This document shows positions 13,499-22,039 of a DNA stretch of 24,000 nt, in pieces; the stretch's first letter is position 1, and the number at the start of each line of letters is the position of its first letter. The notes beneath the pieces are model-generated. The model saw nothing but the letters and a program-made list of their open reading frames with translations, had not been told where the DNA came from and made no database searches. The stretch is from assembly GCA_017405305.1 (NCBI GenBank), contig JAFRAT010000018.1:1248-25247 (forward strand). Reading direction: 5' to 3'. The DNA comes from Aeriscardovia sp. (GTDB lineage Bacteria; Actinomycetota; Actinomycetes; Actinomycetales; Bifidobacteriaceae). A program made the translations under genes and the position numbers.

Positions 13499-15297
13499 GG
13501 TGTCTCCTTTGCTGGGTGTGTGATCGATGTCGGCAGATGGGGAAGCGCTCGGCGCGCGATGGCGTCGTCGAGGGTGAGGACGGAGGGGTCGCGTACGGCG
13601 AAAAGGCGGTGCATCGGCGTCGTGGAGAACTCCTGGCCGGCCACGACCGAGCGCGGGTCGGCGTCGGCGACGAGACGGCCGGCCAGGACCACGAGGGCGC
13701 GGGTGGCGTAGCGTACGCAGAAGTCCGGGTCGTGCGAGCTGAAGAGGACGAGACCGCCCTCGCGGCCCGCGCGCTGGAGGCGTTCGCCGACATGGGCGGC
13801 GGCCACGGCGTCGAGGCCCTGCGTCGGCTCGTCGAGCAGCAGGACGGGCTTGCGCCGCGCGGCGACGAGGTCGAAGGCTTGCAGCTGCTGCTGGCCCAGG
13901 CTCTGATCGAGCGGGTCGGGCACGGCGAGGACGTCGGCGTGGCCAGCAAGGATCGTTTCCCGTGAAACAGTTCCATGTGGGGTTTTTCGGCGTCGGCGCG
14001 GGACGCCGCGAACCGCGCCGCCGCTCAGTGCGGCGCCCATCGCCAGGTTGAGGATCGGCCGCACGTCCTGCGGCAAGTAGGCGACGAAATCCTGGCTGCG
14101 CGACGGCGGCACGGTCTTCATCGCGTCCCGTTTGCGCCAACGGACGCTGCCGAACTGCGGGCGCAGGAACCCCGCGAGCAAATCGAGGATGGTGGATTTG
14201 CCGCAGCCGCTCTGGCCCATGAGGGCGATGACGTCCCCGTAGCGGGCGTCGAAAGCGATGTCGGAGACAGCGAAACCGCGTTGGCCGGGGTAGGCGTAGG
14301 ACAGTCCGCCGACCCTCAGGGCCGGAGCGGAAAAGAAGCCAGCGGAGGCAGGAGCCGTCGCGCTGGCGGCGCGGCCCTGGGCATCGGAAGTGGCTGCGCT
14401 GGCGGCGCGCGTGGAAGCGGCCGGCGTCCGCGGCGCCGTTTCCGCCAGATGCCGCTGGCCCAGCGCGATGGTCAAAGGCAGCGGCGTGCTCGCGCCGCTG
14501 CCCGTCATTAGGAAGAACCGCTGAACGTCCGGGACGAGCTCGCGCGAATGGTCGGCATCGGCGGACCACAGCGAACGCAAGGCGTTCTCGGGCGCGCCGT
14601 CGGCGAGGAGCCTGCCGTGGTCCAGGGCCGCGATGTGCGTGGCGATGTCGCAGCAGCCCTCGAGATGGTGCTCCGTCATGACGATGGTCAGGCCGAAATC
14701 GCGGTTGAGACGGCGCAGCAGGTCCAGCGTGGCGCGGCGGCTGACCGAGTCGAGGCTGGCGGTCGGTTCGTCGAGCAGCAGCAGGCGCGGTCTTGTCGAC
14801 AGGGCGGCCCCCAGCGCGGCGAGCTGCGCCTGGCCCTCGGAAAGATGGTCGATGGGTTCGTCCAGCAGATGGGCCAGACCCAGAAAGCCGACGATGTCGG
14901 TGGCGGCCAGCTCCTGGTCCGCCGTGCCCGCCAAGCGGATCTCCAGCTCCTGGCGCAGCGTTCCCGCGGCGATGCCCTCGCGCGGCCGCTGCTGGACCTG
15001 GGCGACGAGATGGTCGCGATGCTCGGCGCGCAGCTGCGCGGGGGTCTGTCCCCAAAGCGTGACGGTGCCGCGGCGCGTGCCCACGGGGTTCCGATGAAGC
15101 GACAGATGGCGCAGCAGCGTCGTCTTCCCTGATCCGGTGAGGCCGGCGACGACGAGGAAGTCCCCGTCGGGGACGCTCAGGCTGACATCCGAAAGGATCG
15201 GGCGTTTCCCGGCGGAATCGGCTTCCGCGCCGAGGACCGCGCCGCTCGGCGCGGCGAACGAGAACGAGAGATGCTCTACGCGCGCGCACATGCCCAT
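13495..15297 (-). CDS. ecfA: ECF transporter fused double ATPase (EcfA-EcfA')
   Basis: Two ABC nucleotide-binding domains. NBD1 has 'GLTGSGKTTLL', 'LSEGQ', 'LLLLDEPTASLD'. NBD2 has 'GQSGCGKSTIL', 'LLLDEPTQGLD', 'SSHD'. I chose the ATG at 15297, preceded by GGAAGGAGGGG. The track start at 15381 is less likely. There is a 22-nt overlap with ecfT. Confidence 0.88.
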   Translation of the reverse strand: MGMCARVEHLSFSFAAPSGAVLGAEADSAGKRPILSDVSLSVPDGDFLVVAGLTGSGKTTLLRHLSLHRNPVGTRRGTVTLWGQTPAQLRAEHRDHLVAQVQQRPREGIAAGTLRQELEIRLAGTADQELAATDIVGFLGLAHLLDEPIDHLSEGQAQLAALGAALSTRPRLLLLDEPTASLDSVSRRATLDLLRRLNRDFGLTIVMTEHHLEGCCDIATHIAALDHGRLLADGAPENALRSLWSADADHSRELVPDVQRFFLMTGSGASTPLPLTIALGQRHLAETAPRTPAASTRAASAATSDAQGRAASATAPASAGFFSAPALRVGGLSYAYPGQRGFAVSDIAFDARYGDVIALMGQSGCGKSTILDLLAGFLRPQFGSVRWRKRDAMKTVPPSRSQDFVAYLPQDVRPILNLAMGAALSGGAVRGVPRRRRKTPHGTVSRETILAGHADVLAVPDPLDQSLGQQQLQAFDLVAARRKPVLLLDEPTQGLDAVAAAHVGERLQRAGREGGLVLFSSHDPDFCVRYATRALVVLAGRLVADADPRSVVAGQEFSTTPMHRLFAVRDPSVLTLDDAIARRALPHLPTSITHPAKETP

Positions 15298-16232
15298 AGG
15301 CGTTCCCCTCCTTCCAGCAGGTACGGAGAAACCGTCAGGACGGCGGTGGCCGCGTAGGTCTCCCAGCGGCTGGCGCCCCACGGGTGGGCGAGGGCCGCGG
15401 CGAAACAGGCGGTCGTCAGGACCAGGAAGACCAGGGCGGCCGGCGCGCGGGACGGGCGATGCGGCGCGGTGCGCGCGGTCTGTCTGTCCGACCGCTTCAT
15501 GGCCGCCAGGATGCTGGCGATGGCCGTCGTGCGGGCGGCCGAATCGTTGAGCGCCGTCGACAGCAGCGCGTACAGCAGCGCGCGCAGGCGGCGGGTCCAG
15601 CTGGCCCGGCTGTCGGCGCGGAGGAACGCGCGCGCGGAAAGCTTGTCCGGCGTCGCGCCTGTATCCCGCGTCGCGTCAGAGGCGTCCGCGCTCATGCCCG
15701 CCGTGGTCCCCGAGGACGCCAGCCGATGCTCCACGGCGAGCAGCGTCGCGGACTGGCGTGCCAGGCGGGACGCCGAACCCAAGGACATCTGCGTGACGAG
15801 CACGGTCCGCGGCAGCGCGCGCGACAGGATCCGTCCCGTCCTTGAACCCATCAGCGAGCCGAGGGTGACGACGCGCGACTGCGTCAAAGCCACCGTCGTG
15901 ATGGTGACGAACGCCAGACCGAGGCATACGCCCGTGTTCAGGCCCTGCCAGGTGGTGACGATCCGGCCCCAGCGGAACAGGACCGTCGGGCCGTAGTAAT
16001 CGAAGAAAAGCGTGACAAAGGCGATGACCAGGCCCATCGGAGCCGACCAGGCCAGGGATTTCGCCAGCTTGCGGGCCGAGCCGAAGACCAGCTCGAGGAC
16101 CGCGGTCAGCGCCAGCAGCTCGAGTTGAACGCCGACGAAGAAGCTCGTTCCCGCCAGCAGCAGGACGAGCAGGAAGTACCACAGCGACCCAAAGACGGAA
16201 AGACGCTGGAAAGCGAAAGAGCGGATGGGCAT
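15276..16232 (-). CDS. ecfT: ECF transporter transmembrane (T) component, CbiQ/EcfT family
   Basis: 318 aa polytopic protein with Arg-rich coupling-helix-like segments ('ALPRTVLVTQMSLGSASRLARQS', 'SWTRRLRALL'). A strong SD (GGAGGAGGAAG) abuts the ATG at 16232. The call rests mainly on operon context with the double ATPase. Confidence 0.75.
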   Translation of the reverse strand: MPIRSFAFQRLSVFGSLWYFLLVLLLAGTSFFVGVQLELLALTAVLELVFGSARKLAKSLAWSAPMGLVIAFVTLFFDYYGPTVLFRWGRIVTTWQGLNTGVCLGLAFVTITTVALTQSRVVTLGSLMGSRTGRILSRALPRTVLVTQMSLGSASRLARQSATLLAVEHRLASSGTTAGMSADASDATRDTGATPDKLSARAFLRADSRASWTRRLRALLYALLSTALNDSAARTTAIASILAAMKRSDRQTARTAPHRPSRAPAALVFLVLTTACFAAALAHPWGASRWETYAATAVLTVSPYLLEGGERLWACARA

Positions 16233-16277
16233 CTTCCTCCTCCAGCGTCAGGGCGTCGCGCGCCGTGTTTCGGATCC

Positions 16278-16323
16278 CTTGTTCCGGCCTGGCGGGAGGC
16301 CGTGTCCGCCAGGCCGGAACAAG
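16278..16323 (-). other. perfect 18-bp intercistronic stem-loop between nrdJ and ecfT (no U-tract)
   Basis: CTTGTTCCGGCCTGGCGG (16278-16295) and CCGCCAGGCCGGAACAAG (16306-16323) flank a 10-nt loop. It starts 6 nt after the nrdJ stop. No T-run follows on either strand. Confidence 0.8.
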
Positions 16324-16328
16324 CCGGT

Positions 16329-18581
16329 TCAGCGGACGGGGCAGGCTCCGCTGGCGCAATCCGCCAAACCCACGAGAGTCAAATCCTCCTCCCCCTCCTC
16401 TTTCTTGTTGTGGAGTTGGGCGAACAGGAGCCGGGGATCCCCGTGGAGAGCGGTTTCCATTTCCCGATACCTCTCGATGCTGATCGTTTCCTTGGGCATC
16501 TGCGAATAGCCGCCATCCACATAGCCAAGCAAAGAAGTGGACTTGACGTGTCCCGCGTAAGCCGCCAGGATGGTCGGCAACTGCTCCTCCTCGGATTTCT
16601 GGAACGTGACCGTGCAGGACACCGCGTTGTCGGACCAGTGTTCCTGGAGGAACGCCTGGGTGGCAAGCTGTTCTTCGGCGGACACCGTGCCGGCGGACGC
16701 GAACCTGGGGGAATCCCATCCCATGGCTTCGACCGGAAATTCGACGACCATCGTGTGAGCCGTGTACACGTCCGGTTCGATGTGGTAGCCGCAGGCGTTT
16801 AAGGCTTTGAGCAGGGGGTCGTCGTCCTGGAAGCGGATGCGTTGAATGAAGTGGCCGGCCCACTGGAAGTGCATGCCCTCGGAGACGCCTGCCAGCTTGG
16901 CGACCGTGCCGGAGGGTTTGACGGTCGTATGCTTCAGGCTCGGCTGGCAGCCCAGCTCCGCGGAGTACTCGTTGTCAGCTTCAACAACCGCCTGGTACAT
17001 GCCATCCAGTGCGCGGGCGATCTCCTGGTCGTAGATTGGCTGGCGGCGGACGGTGCCGTCCGTGGCAGTCTCCTGTTTCCAGCCGGTTATGGCCCTGCGG
17101 TTGAAACGGGAGAGGAACCAGTCCTGGATTCCCGACAGGGACACGCCGATACGCCGATTCCTGGACACGACTTTTCGGGTGACCTCCCAATCGTAGGAGC
17201 CGAACGTCACGCGTTTGGCGTAACGGACCGCCAATCCCAAAACCTGGTTGAGATCCCAGCCTTGTTCCTGGGCGATGGAGGGGAAGATTTCGAACAGGTT
17301 GCACGGCTCCCCGTTCTCCAAAGTGATTTCCCCGCACGGGTTGGTGCCCTCCGCCCGCGGGTCCGCATCCTCCCTGTAGCCGTCTGCCAGCCGCCCGTAG
17401 TGGCGGGAGAGTTCGAGGTCGACGATGCCCGGCTCCCCGTTGACGATAACCTCGTGGGCGACTTCTTCGTACTGCTCAGGACGGCCGTCGACGACGACGC
17501 TGTTGTTGGACGCCCACCGGTGGTGGGCGAGCTGCTCCTGGTCCTGCTTCATGGTGCGGAATCCCTCGTCGTCCCAGTCGCCTAAAGCGAGTTCCGCGCT
17601 GCGGCGCACGTTGCCGGCCACGACGGCTTTACCGATAAGGTTGCCGATATCGGTGCAGTCCACGCTGGACAAACGGTCTCCGGCCTTTTGGTCGAGGATC
17701 CGGTTCACGTCCCCCAGCATTTCCACCAAGGGGGCCGGCCCGGAAGCGGTCCCGCCGAAACCATGGATGCGCGCACCACGGGGACGCACATCGCTCACGT
17801 CAATCACCACGCGCCGGATGCCATTCGGGAAGTAGTCGAAATGGCTGTCGATAAGGCCGGCCAGGGCGCGCACCCACCCCTCACGGGAATCGGCGACCCG
17901 GTAATACCAGCAGCCGTCCTGCTTTTCTGGCTCCCCGTTGTTTTCGACCCATTGCGCCCGGTCGAGGGCGCCGGCCCGCCGGGTTTCCTCCGCGCTGGAG
18001 TTAGCGGAATCCACGAGACAAACGAGTTCGATTCTGCGGGCGACCTGTGGCATTTGGGTGACGTTCCCGTGGGTGACGGAGAAGCCCACGCCCCCGCCTT
18101 TCATCAGCTCGTCGAACATGAACGCCCAAGGCATGGACGCGGCCGGCTCATCCGGCTGAAGATAGGAGGGGACGATCGCGCTCTCCCCATAGGATTGGGG
18201 GCGGATAGCAATGAACCAGCAGTTGTTGAGCGCGTCCCCATGCGCCCGCTGGTAGGGGGTGCCGGACACCCACAGGTTACGGCCCGAGGGCGTGGCAGCC
18301 AAACCGTATATCAGGCGATACAGGTTTTCGGCTTCCTCCGTCAGTTCCTCCACGACACTAGCATCCGGCTGGTCGTGGAGTCGGGGGTCGAGGTTGATGT
18401 TGCCTTCGACGACGCGTTTGACGGTTTCCGCCCACTCCTCCGTGCGCTCCTGGTCTTCCAGCCAGCGCGCGTAGGTGCGCTTGTAGGTCACCCATCCCAA
18501 GGGACCCCAATGCGGGGACAGCGTGGCGGTTTGGTGGGCGATGAAACCATCGGAAAGCGTGATAAGGGAATCCAAAGCCAT
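16329..18581 (-). CDS. nrdJ: adenosylcobalamin-dependent ribonucleoside-triphosphate reductase (monomeric class II RNR, L. leichmannii type)
   Basis: 750 aa, collinear with RTPR as remembered. Matching segments include 'PHWGPLGWVTYKRTYARWL', 'VKRVVEGNINLDPRL', 'ATPSGRNLWVSGT', 'LNNCWFIAIRPQ', 'HGFGGTASGP', 'VAGNVRRSAELALG', the thiyl-Cys motif 'TNPCGEITLENGEPCNLFE', and the C-terminal redox pair 'CASGACPVR'. The start at 18581 (MALDS...) was chosen because the upstream 32 codons of the track ORF are AT-rich and carry NrdR boxes. Confidence 0.93.
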   Translation of the reverse strand: MALDSLITLSDGFIAHQTATLSPHWGPLGWVTYKRTYARWLEDQERTEEWAETVKRVVEGNINLDPRLHDQPDASVVEELTEEAENLYRLIYGLAATPSGRNLWVSGTPYQRAHGDALNNCWFIAIRPQSYGESAIVPSYLQPDEPAASMPWAFMFDELMKGGGVGFSVTHGNVTQMPQVARRIELVCLVDSANSSAEETRRAGALDRAQWVENNGEPEKQDGCWYYRVADSREGWVRALAGLIDSHFDYFPNGIRRVVIDVSDVRPRGARIHGFGGTASGPAPLVEMLGDVNRILDQKAGDRLSSVDCTDIGNLIGKAVVAGNVRRSAELALGDWDDEGFRTMKQDQEQLAHHRWASNNSVVVDGRPEQYEEVAHEVIVNGEPGIVDLELSRHYGRLADGYREDADPRAEGTNPCGEITLENGEPCNLFEIFPSIAQEQGWDLNQVLGLAVRYAKRVTFGSYDWEVTRKVVSRNRRIGVSLSGIQDWFLSRFNRRAITGWKQETATDGTVRRQPIYDQEIARALDGMYQAVVEADNEYSAELGCQPSLKHTTVKPSGTVAKLAGVSEGMHFQWAGHFIQRIRFQDDDPLLKALNACGYHIEPDVYTAHTMVVEFPVEAMGWDSPRFASAGTVSAEEQLATQAFLQEHWSDNAVSCTVTFQKSEEEQLPTILAAYAGHVKSTSLLGYVDGGYSQMPKETISIERYREMETALHGDPRLLFAQLHNKKEEGEEDLTLVGLADCASGACPVR

Positions 18582-18607
18582 GGGAGCGACTTTAGGCGGC
18601 GGCGTGG

Positions 18608-18671
18608 AAAACACCAAATGAAAAACACTAAATGTGGTACAAATCTTTTCTCGAAACACCATATCTTGTGT
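18608..18671 (-). promoter_or_regulatory. NrdR operator boxes in the nrdJ promoter/leader
   Basis: Box 1 at 18656-18671 reads ACACAAGATATGGTGT on the minus strand, against the NrdR consensus acaCwAtATaTwGtgt. Box 2 at 18625-18640 reads GTACCACATTTAGTGT, with a good right half. Centres are 31 bp apart, which is the typical tandem NrdR spacing. A third half-site, CATTTGGTGT, lies at about 18611-18620. The region is AT-rich within GC-rich DNA. Confidence 0.65.
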
Positions 18672-18844
18672 CTGCAATCGGCGGCCAGCCGTGTCGACTT
18701 TTGGTTAACGCGCTCAGCGGCAGGCGCGTGATTGAGCGGTTTCGCGTTTTCCGGTCCGCTGCCCCGTGCGCCGTTTTTTTGGGGGAGGGAAGATTTCCGG
18801 TCCAGCGGGCGTGCCAGGCGTGTCGCGCATGAGGATGGCATGGG

Positions 18845-19837
18845 ATGCGCGAAGCGGCTGGCACGCGGCTCCAGGCGGGGACCCATACTGGAATGGTGAC
18901 GGACAAGAACAGGGACAAGAAAAACACGGCCGACGGGCGGCTCGTGCTGGCCGCCACGCCGATCGGCAACACGGGCGACGCTTCGGCCCGTCTGACGGAG
19001 CTGCTGCGCATGGCCGACATCGTGGCCGCCGAGGACACGCGCCGCCTGTACGATCTGGCCAACCGCCTCGGCGTGCGGGTCGGCGGGAACGTGGTGGCGT
19101 ACCACGACCACAACGAGCATTTGAAGGTCGATGGCCTGCTGGACGGCGTGGAGCGGGGCGCCGTTGTGCTCGTCGTCTCCGACGCGGGCATGCCGACCAT
19201 CAACGATCCGGGACTGGCCATCGTGCGCCGCGCCATCGAACGCGGGCTGCCCGTCACCTGCGCGCCGGGGCCGTCCGCTGTGCTCGACGCTTTGGCGCTG
19301 TCTGGCCTGCCGACGGACCGGTTCTGCTTCGAGGGCTTCGTGCCGCGCAAGCAATCGGACCGCGTCAGGCGCCTGCGTTCGCTGCTGACCGAGACGCGCA
19401 CCATCGTGTTCTACGAGACGCCGCAGCGCATCGCCCGGACCATGGACGCTTTCGCCGAGGTGTTTCCGCCGTCGCGGCCGATGGTTCTGGCGCGCGAGCT
19501 GACGAAAGATTACGAAGAGGTGCGGCGGTCCACCGTGGCTGCTCTGCGCCAGTCGGTCATCGACGATCCGCCACGCGGAGAAATCGTTCTGGTCCTCCAG
19601 GGCGCGTCCGAGGAGGAGCTGCGCGCCGCGGCCGCGTCGGGCGCCGACGGCGGGGAAGCGTTCGACGTGGACCGTTTGGCACGCGAGGCCGACGATTTGT
19701 CCCGCCGGGGCGGCCTGAAGCCGAAAGACGCCATCGCCGCGACCGTGCAGGCGCATCCATACGCCGACGGCTCCCTGGCCAATAGGAAGGATGTGTACGC
19801 GGCCATGCTGCGCCTGCGGCAAAAAGCAGTGGGCTAG
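18845..19837 (+). CDS. rsmI: 16S rRNA (cytidine1402-2'-O)-methyltransferase RsmI
   Basis: 'LVLAATPIGNTGDASARL', 'IVAAEDTR', 'VLVVSDAGMPTINDPG', 'PGPSAVLDALALSGLPTDRFCFEGF', 'IVFYETPQR' are present. An alternative start is the ATG at 18893. Confidence 0.9.
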   Translation: MREAAGTRLQAGTHTGMVTDKNRDKKNTADGRLVLAATPIGNTGDASARLTELLRMADIVAAEDTRRLYDLANRLGVRVGGNVVAYHDHNEHLKVDGLLDGVERGAVVLVVSDAGMPTINDPGLAIVRRAIERGLPVTCAPGPSAVLDALALSGLPTDRFCFEGFVPRKQSDRVRRLRSLLTETRTIVFYETPQRIARTMDAFAEVFPPSRPMVLARELTKDYEEVRRSTVAALRQSVIDDPPRGEIVLVLQGASEEELRAAAASGADGGEAFDVDRLAREADDLSRRGGLKPKDAIAATVQAHPYADGSLANRKDVYAAMLRLRQKAVG

Positions 19838-20149
19838 CGTTCACTGCAGGCCGGGCGCGCCACGCAAGCGCTATCCGTGCGACGGACACGCAGATGGGAA
19901 GCGCTGAGGGACGCGCAGGACGCCCGGGAAGCCAAGCGCATTCAGAACAGGTCCGATTTGGCGGGTACCGGTTTCCCGCCCATGCCAGGAAAACACCGCG
20001 CCCGCAAGCGTCGTCGGACCCAAGAACCGCCCTGTGGACACGTGAGCCGCGGACGCTAGTCCAGAAGCCTGCCAGCCCGGCCGCCGTCGTTCAGCCACGT
20101 CTCACCCGCGCTTTCGGCCATGTCGCAAGCCTCACGAATAATCACAACC

Positions 20150-22030
20150 ATGACTAACATTCTCGTTTCCGTTGCCTGGCCGTATGCCAATGGACCGCGA
20201 CACATCGGGCATGTCGCGGGCTTCGGCGTCCCGTCCGACATATTCGCCCGGTACGAGCGCATGAAGGGCAACGATGTCCTGATGGTCTCGGGCACGGACG
20301 AGCACGGCACACCGATCCTGGTGGAAGCCGACAAGGAAGGCGTCTCCCCGCAGGATATCGCCGACCGCTACAACCGCGTCATCGCGGAAGACCTGCGCGA
20401 CCTGGGCCTGAGCTACGACCTCTTCACGCGCACGACGACCGGCAACCACGAAAAGATCGTCCAGGACATGTTCCGCCAGTGCCTCAAGAACGGCTACATC
20501 TACAAAGGCACGCAGCAAGTCGCCATCTCCCCATCGACAGGCCGCACCCTGCCGGACCGCTACATTGAGGGCACATGCCCGATCTGCGGCGCGGAAGGCG
20601 CCCGCGGCGACCAGTGCGACGCCTGCGGCAACGAGCTCGACCCGGCCGACCTGCTCGATCCGAAGTCCAAAATCAACGGCGAAACCCCGATCTTCAAAAC
20701 CGCCGAGCACTACTTCCTCGACCTGCCGGCGCTCGCTGACGCCAACCTCGCCTGGCTCAACAGCCGCACCGGCTGGCGCGCCAACGTCATCAACTTCTCC
20801 AAGGGCCTGTTCCGCGAGGTGAAGCCGCGTGCCATCACCCGCGACATCGATTGGGGCGTCCCAGTGCCGGTGGACGGCTGGATCGACAACCCGAACAAGC
20901 GCCTCTACGTGTGGTTCGACGCCGTCATCGGCTACCTGTCCGCGTCCATCGAGTGGGCCCGCCGCAGCGGCGACCCCGAGGCGTGGCGCAAGTGGTGGAA
21001 TAACCCGGAGTCCCTGGCGTACTACTTCATGGGCAAGGACAACATCACCTTCCATTCCCAGATCTGGCCGTCCGAAATCCTCGCGTACGACGGCAAGGGC
21101 AGCAAGGGCGGCGAGCCGGGCGACCTCGGCGAGCTGAACCTGCCGGAGCAGGTCGTCTCCTCAGCGTACATGACAGCGAAAGGCCGGAAGTTCAGCAGCT
21201 CCCGCGGCATCGTCATCTACGTGCGCGACATCTTGTCCCGCTACCAGGTCGACGCGGTGCGCTACTACATCGCCGCCGCCGGCCCCGAGAAGCAGGACGC
21301 CGACTTCACCTGGGCCGAATTCGTGCGACACAACAACGAAGAGCTCGTCGCCGGCTGGGGCAATCTCGTCAACCGCGTGGCCAACCTGCTGTTCAAGAAC
21401 TTCGGCGAGATCCCAGCCGTGCCCGAAAGCGCCTTCGGGCAGATCGACCGCGATCTACTCGCGGCCACGCTGCAAGGCTTCGACACCGTGGGAGAGAACC
21501 TGGAGAAGCAGAACCAGCACGCCGCTATCAGCGAAGTCATGCGCCTGGTCGGCCTGACGAACAAGTACATCTCCGACACCGAGCCATGGAAGATCGAGAA
21601 CCGCGAGCGCCTGGCTGCCGTGCTTTTCACCGCCGCGCAGGCTGTCAACGACCTCGACATCATGTTCGCACCGTTCCTGCCGCACTCCAGCCAGAAGATT
21701 CACGAAGCGCTGGGCGGCGCAGGCGTCATCGCCCCGCTGCCGCGCCTGGAGGAAGTGGACGACCTCGACAAGGCCGGCTTCCGTTATCCGATCATCACGG
21801 GTAGCTACGTGCTGGGCGAGACGGTGGCGCCATGGCGTCGCGAGGATATCGTGCCGGGCACGCCCATCGCCAAGCCGACGCCGGTGTTCGCTAAAATCCC
21901 GCGCGAGGCCGTTCAGAAGGAGATCGACCGCTTCAAAACCGACCTCAGGAAGAAGGAAGCCGAGAGAACCCGCAAGGCCGCTTGCGGCGCGCGGACCGAC
22001 GGTTCCGCCGCTTCCTCCGATGAGGACTGA
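20150..22030 (+). CDS. metG: methionine--tRNA ligase
   Basis: '[17 protein letters not shown]' carries the HIGH motif. A Zn-knuckle '[18 protein letters not shown]' is present. The KMSKS-like motif reads 'KFSSSRG'. An anticodon-binding C-terminal domain follows. The ATG at 20150 ([15 protein letters not shown]) is preferred over the track start at 20120. Confidence 0.93.
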   Translation: MTNILVSVAWPYANGPRHIGHVAGFGVPSDIFARYERMKGNDVLMVSGTDEHGTPILVEADKEGVSPQDIADRYNRVIAEDLRDLGLSYDLFTRTTTGNHEKIVQDMFRQCLKNGYIYKGTQQVAISPSTGRTLPDRYIEGTCPICGAEGARGDQCDACGNELDPADLLDPKSKINGETPIFKTAEHYFLDLPALADANLAWLNSRTGWRANVINFSKGLFREVKPRAITRDIDWGVPVPVDGWIDNPNKRLYVWFDAVIGYLSASIEWARRSGDPEAWRKWWNNPESLAYYFMGKDNITFHSQIWPSEILAYDGKGSKGGEPGDLGELNLPEQVVSSAYMTAKGRKFSSSRGIVIYVRDILSRYQVDAVRYYIAAAGPEKQDADFTWAEFVRHNNEELVAGWGNLVNRVANLLFKNFGEIPAVPESAFGQIDRDLLAATLQGFDTVGENLEKQNQHAAISEVMRLVGLTNKYISDTEPWKIENRERLAAVLFTAAQAVNDLDIMFAPFLPHSSQKIHEALGGAGVIAPLPRLEEVDDLDKAGFRYPIITGSYVLGETVAPWRREDIVPGTPIAKPTPVFAKIPREAVQKEIDRFKTDLRKKEAERTRKAACGARTDGSAASSDED

Positions 22031-22039
22031 GGCCAGCCC

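Noticed and set aside
13499-15289. The N-terminal ~600 aa of the 854-aa ORF 12725..15289, considered as part of one large gene
   Set aside because: Only the last 257 codons (from the ATG at 13498) look like a real membrane protein. The upstream part overlaps the ABC ATPase in another frame and is Arg/Pro-rich nonsense.
18680-18845. A cobalamin riboswitch upstream of nrdJ, or anywhere in the nrdJ-ECF-pduO cluster, including 12587-12724 and 16233-16328
   Set aside because: I searched both strands by eye for the B12 box (AGYCMGGnGACCUGCC), GCCACUG and GGGAA...GGUG...AAUCC elements. Only a weak 'CGCCUGCC' fragment and an unrelated AGGGAAGAUUUCCGG were found, and the other two gaps are too short. 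A cmsearch with RF00174 would settle this.
19838-20149. The 312-nt rsmI-metG gap, examined for a T-box, sRNA or small ORF (track ORFs 19871..20098 minus strand, 19894..20157 plus strand)
   Set aside because: No T-box specifier or terminator architecture and no convincing promoter/terminator pair were found. Only a 6-bp hairpin (19960-19980) without a U-tract is present. The ORF translations are low-complexity.
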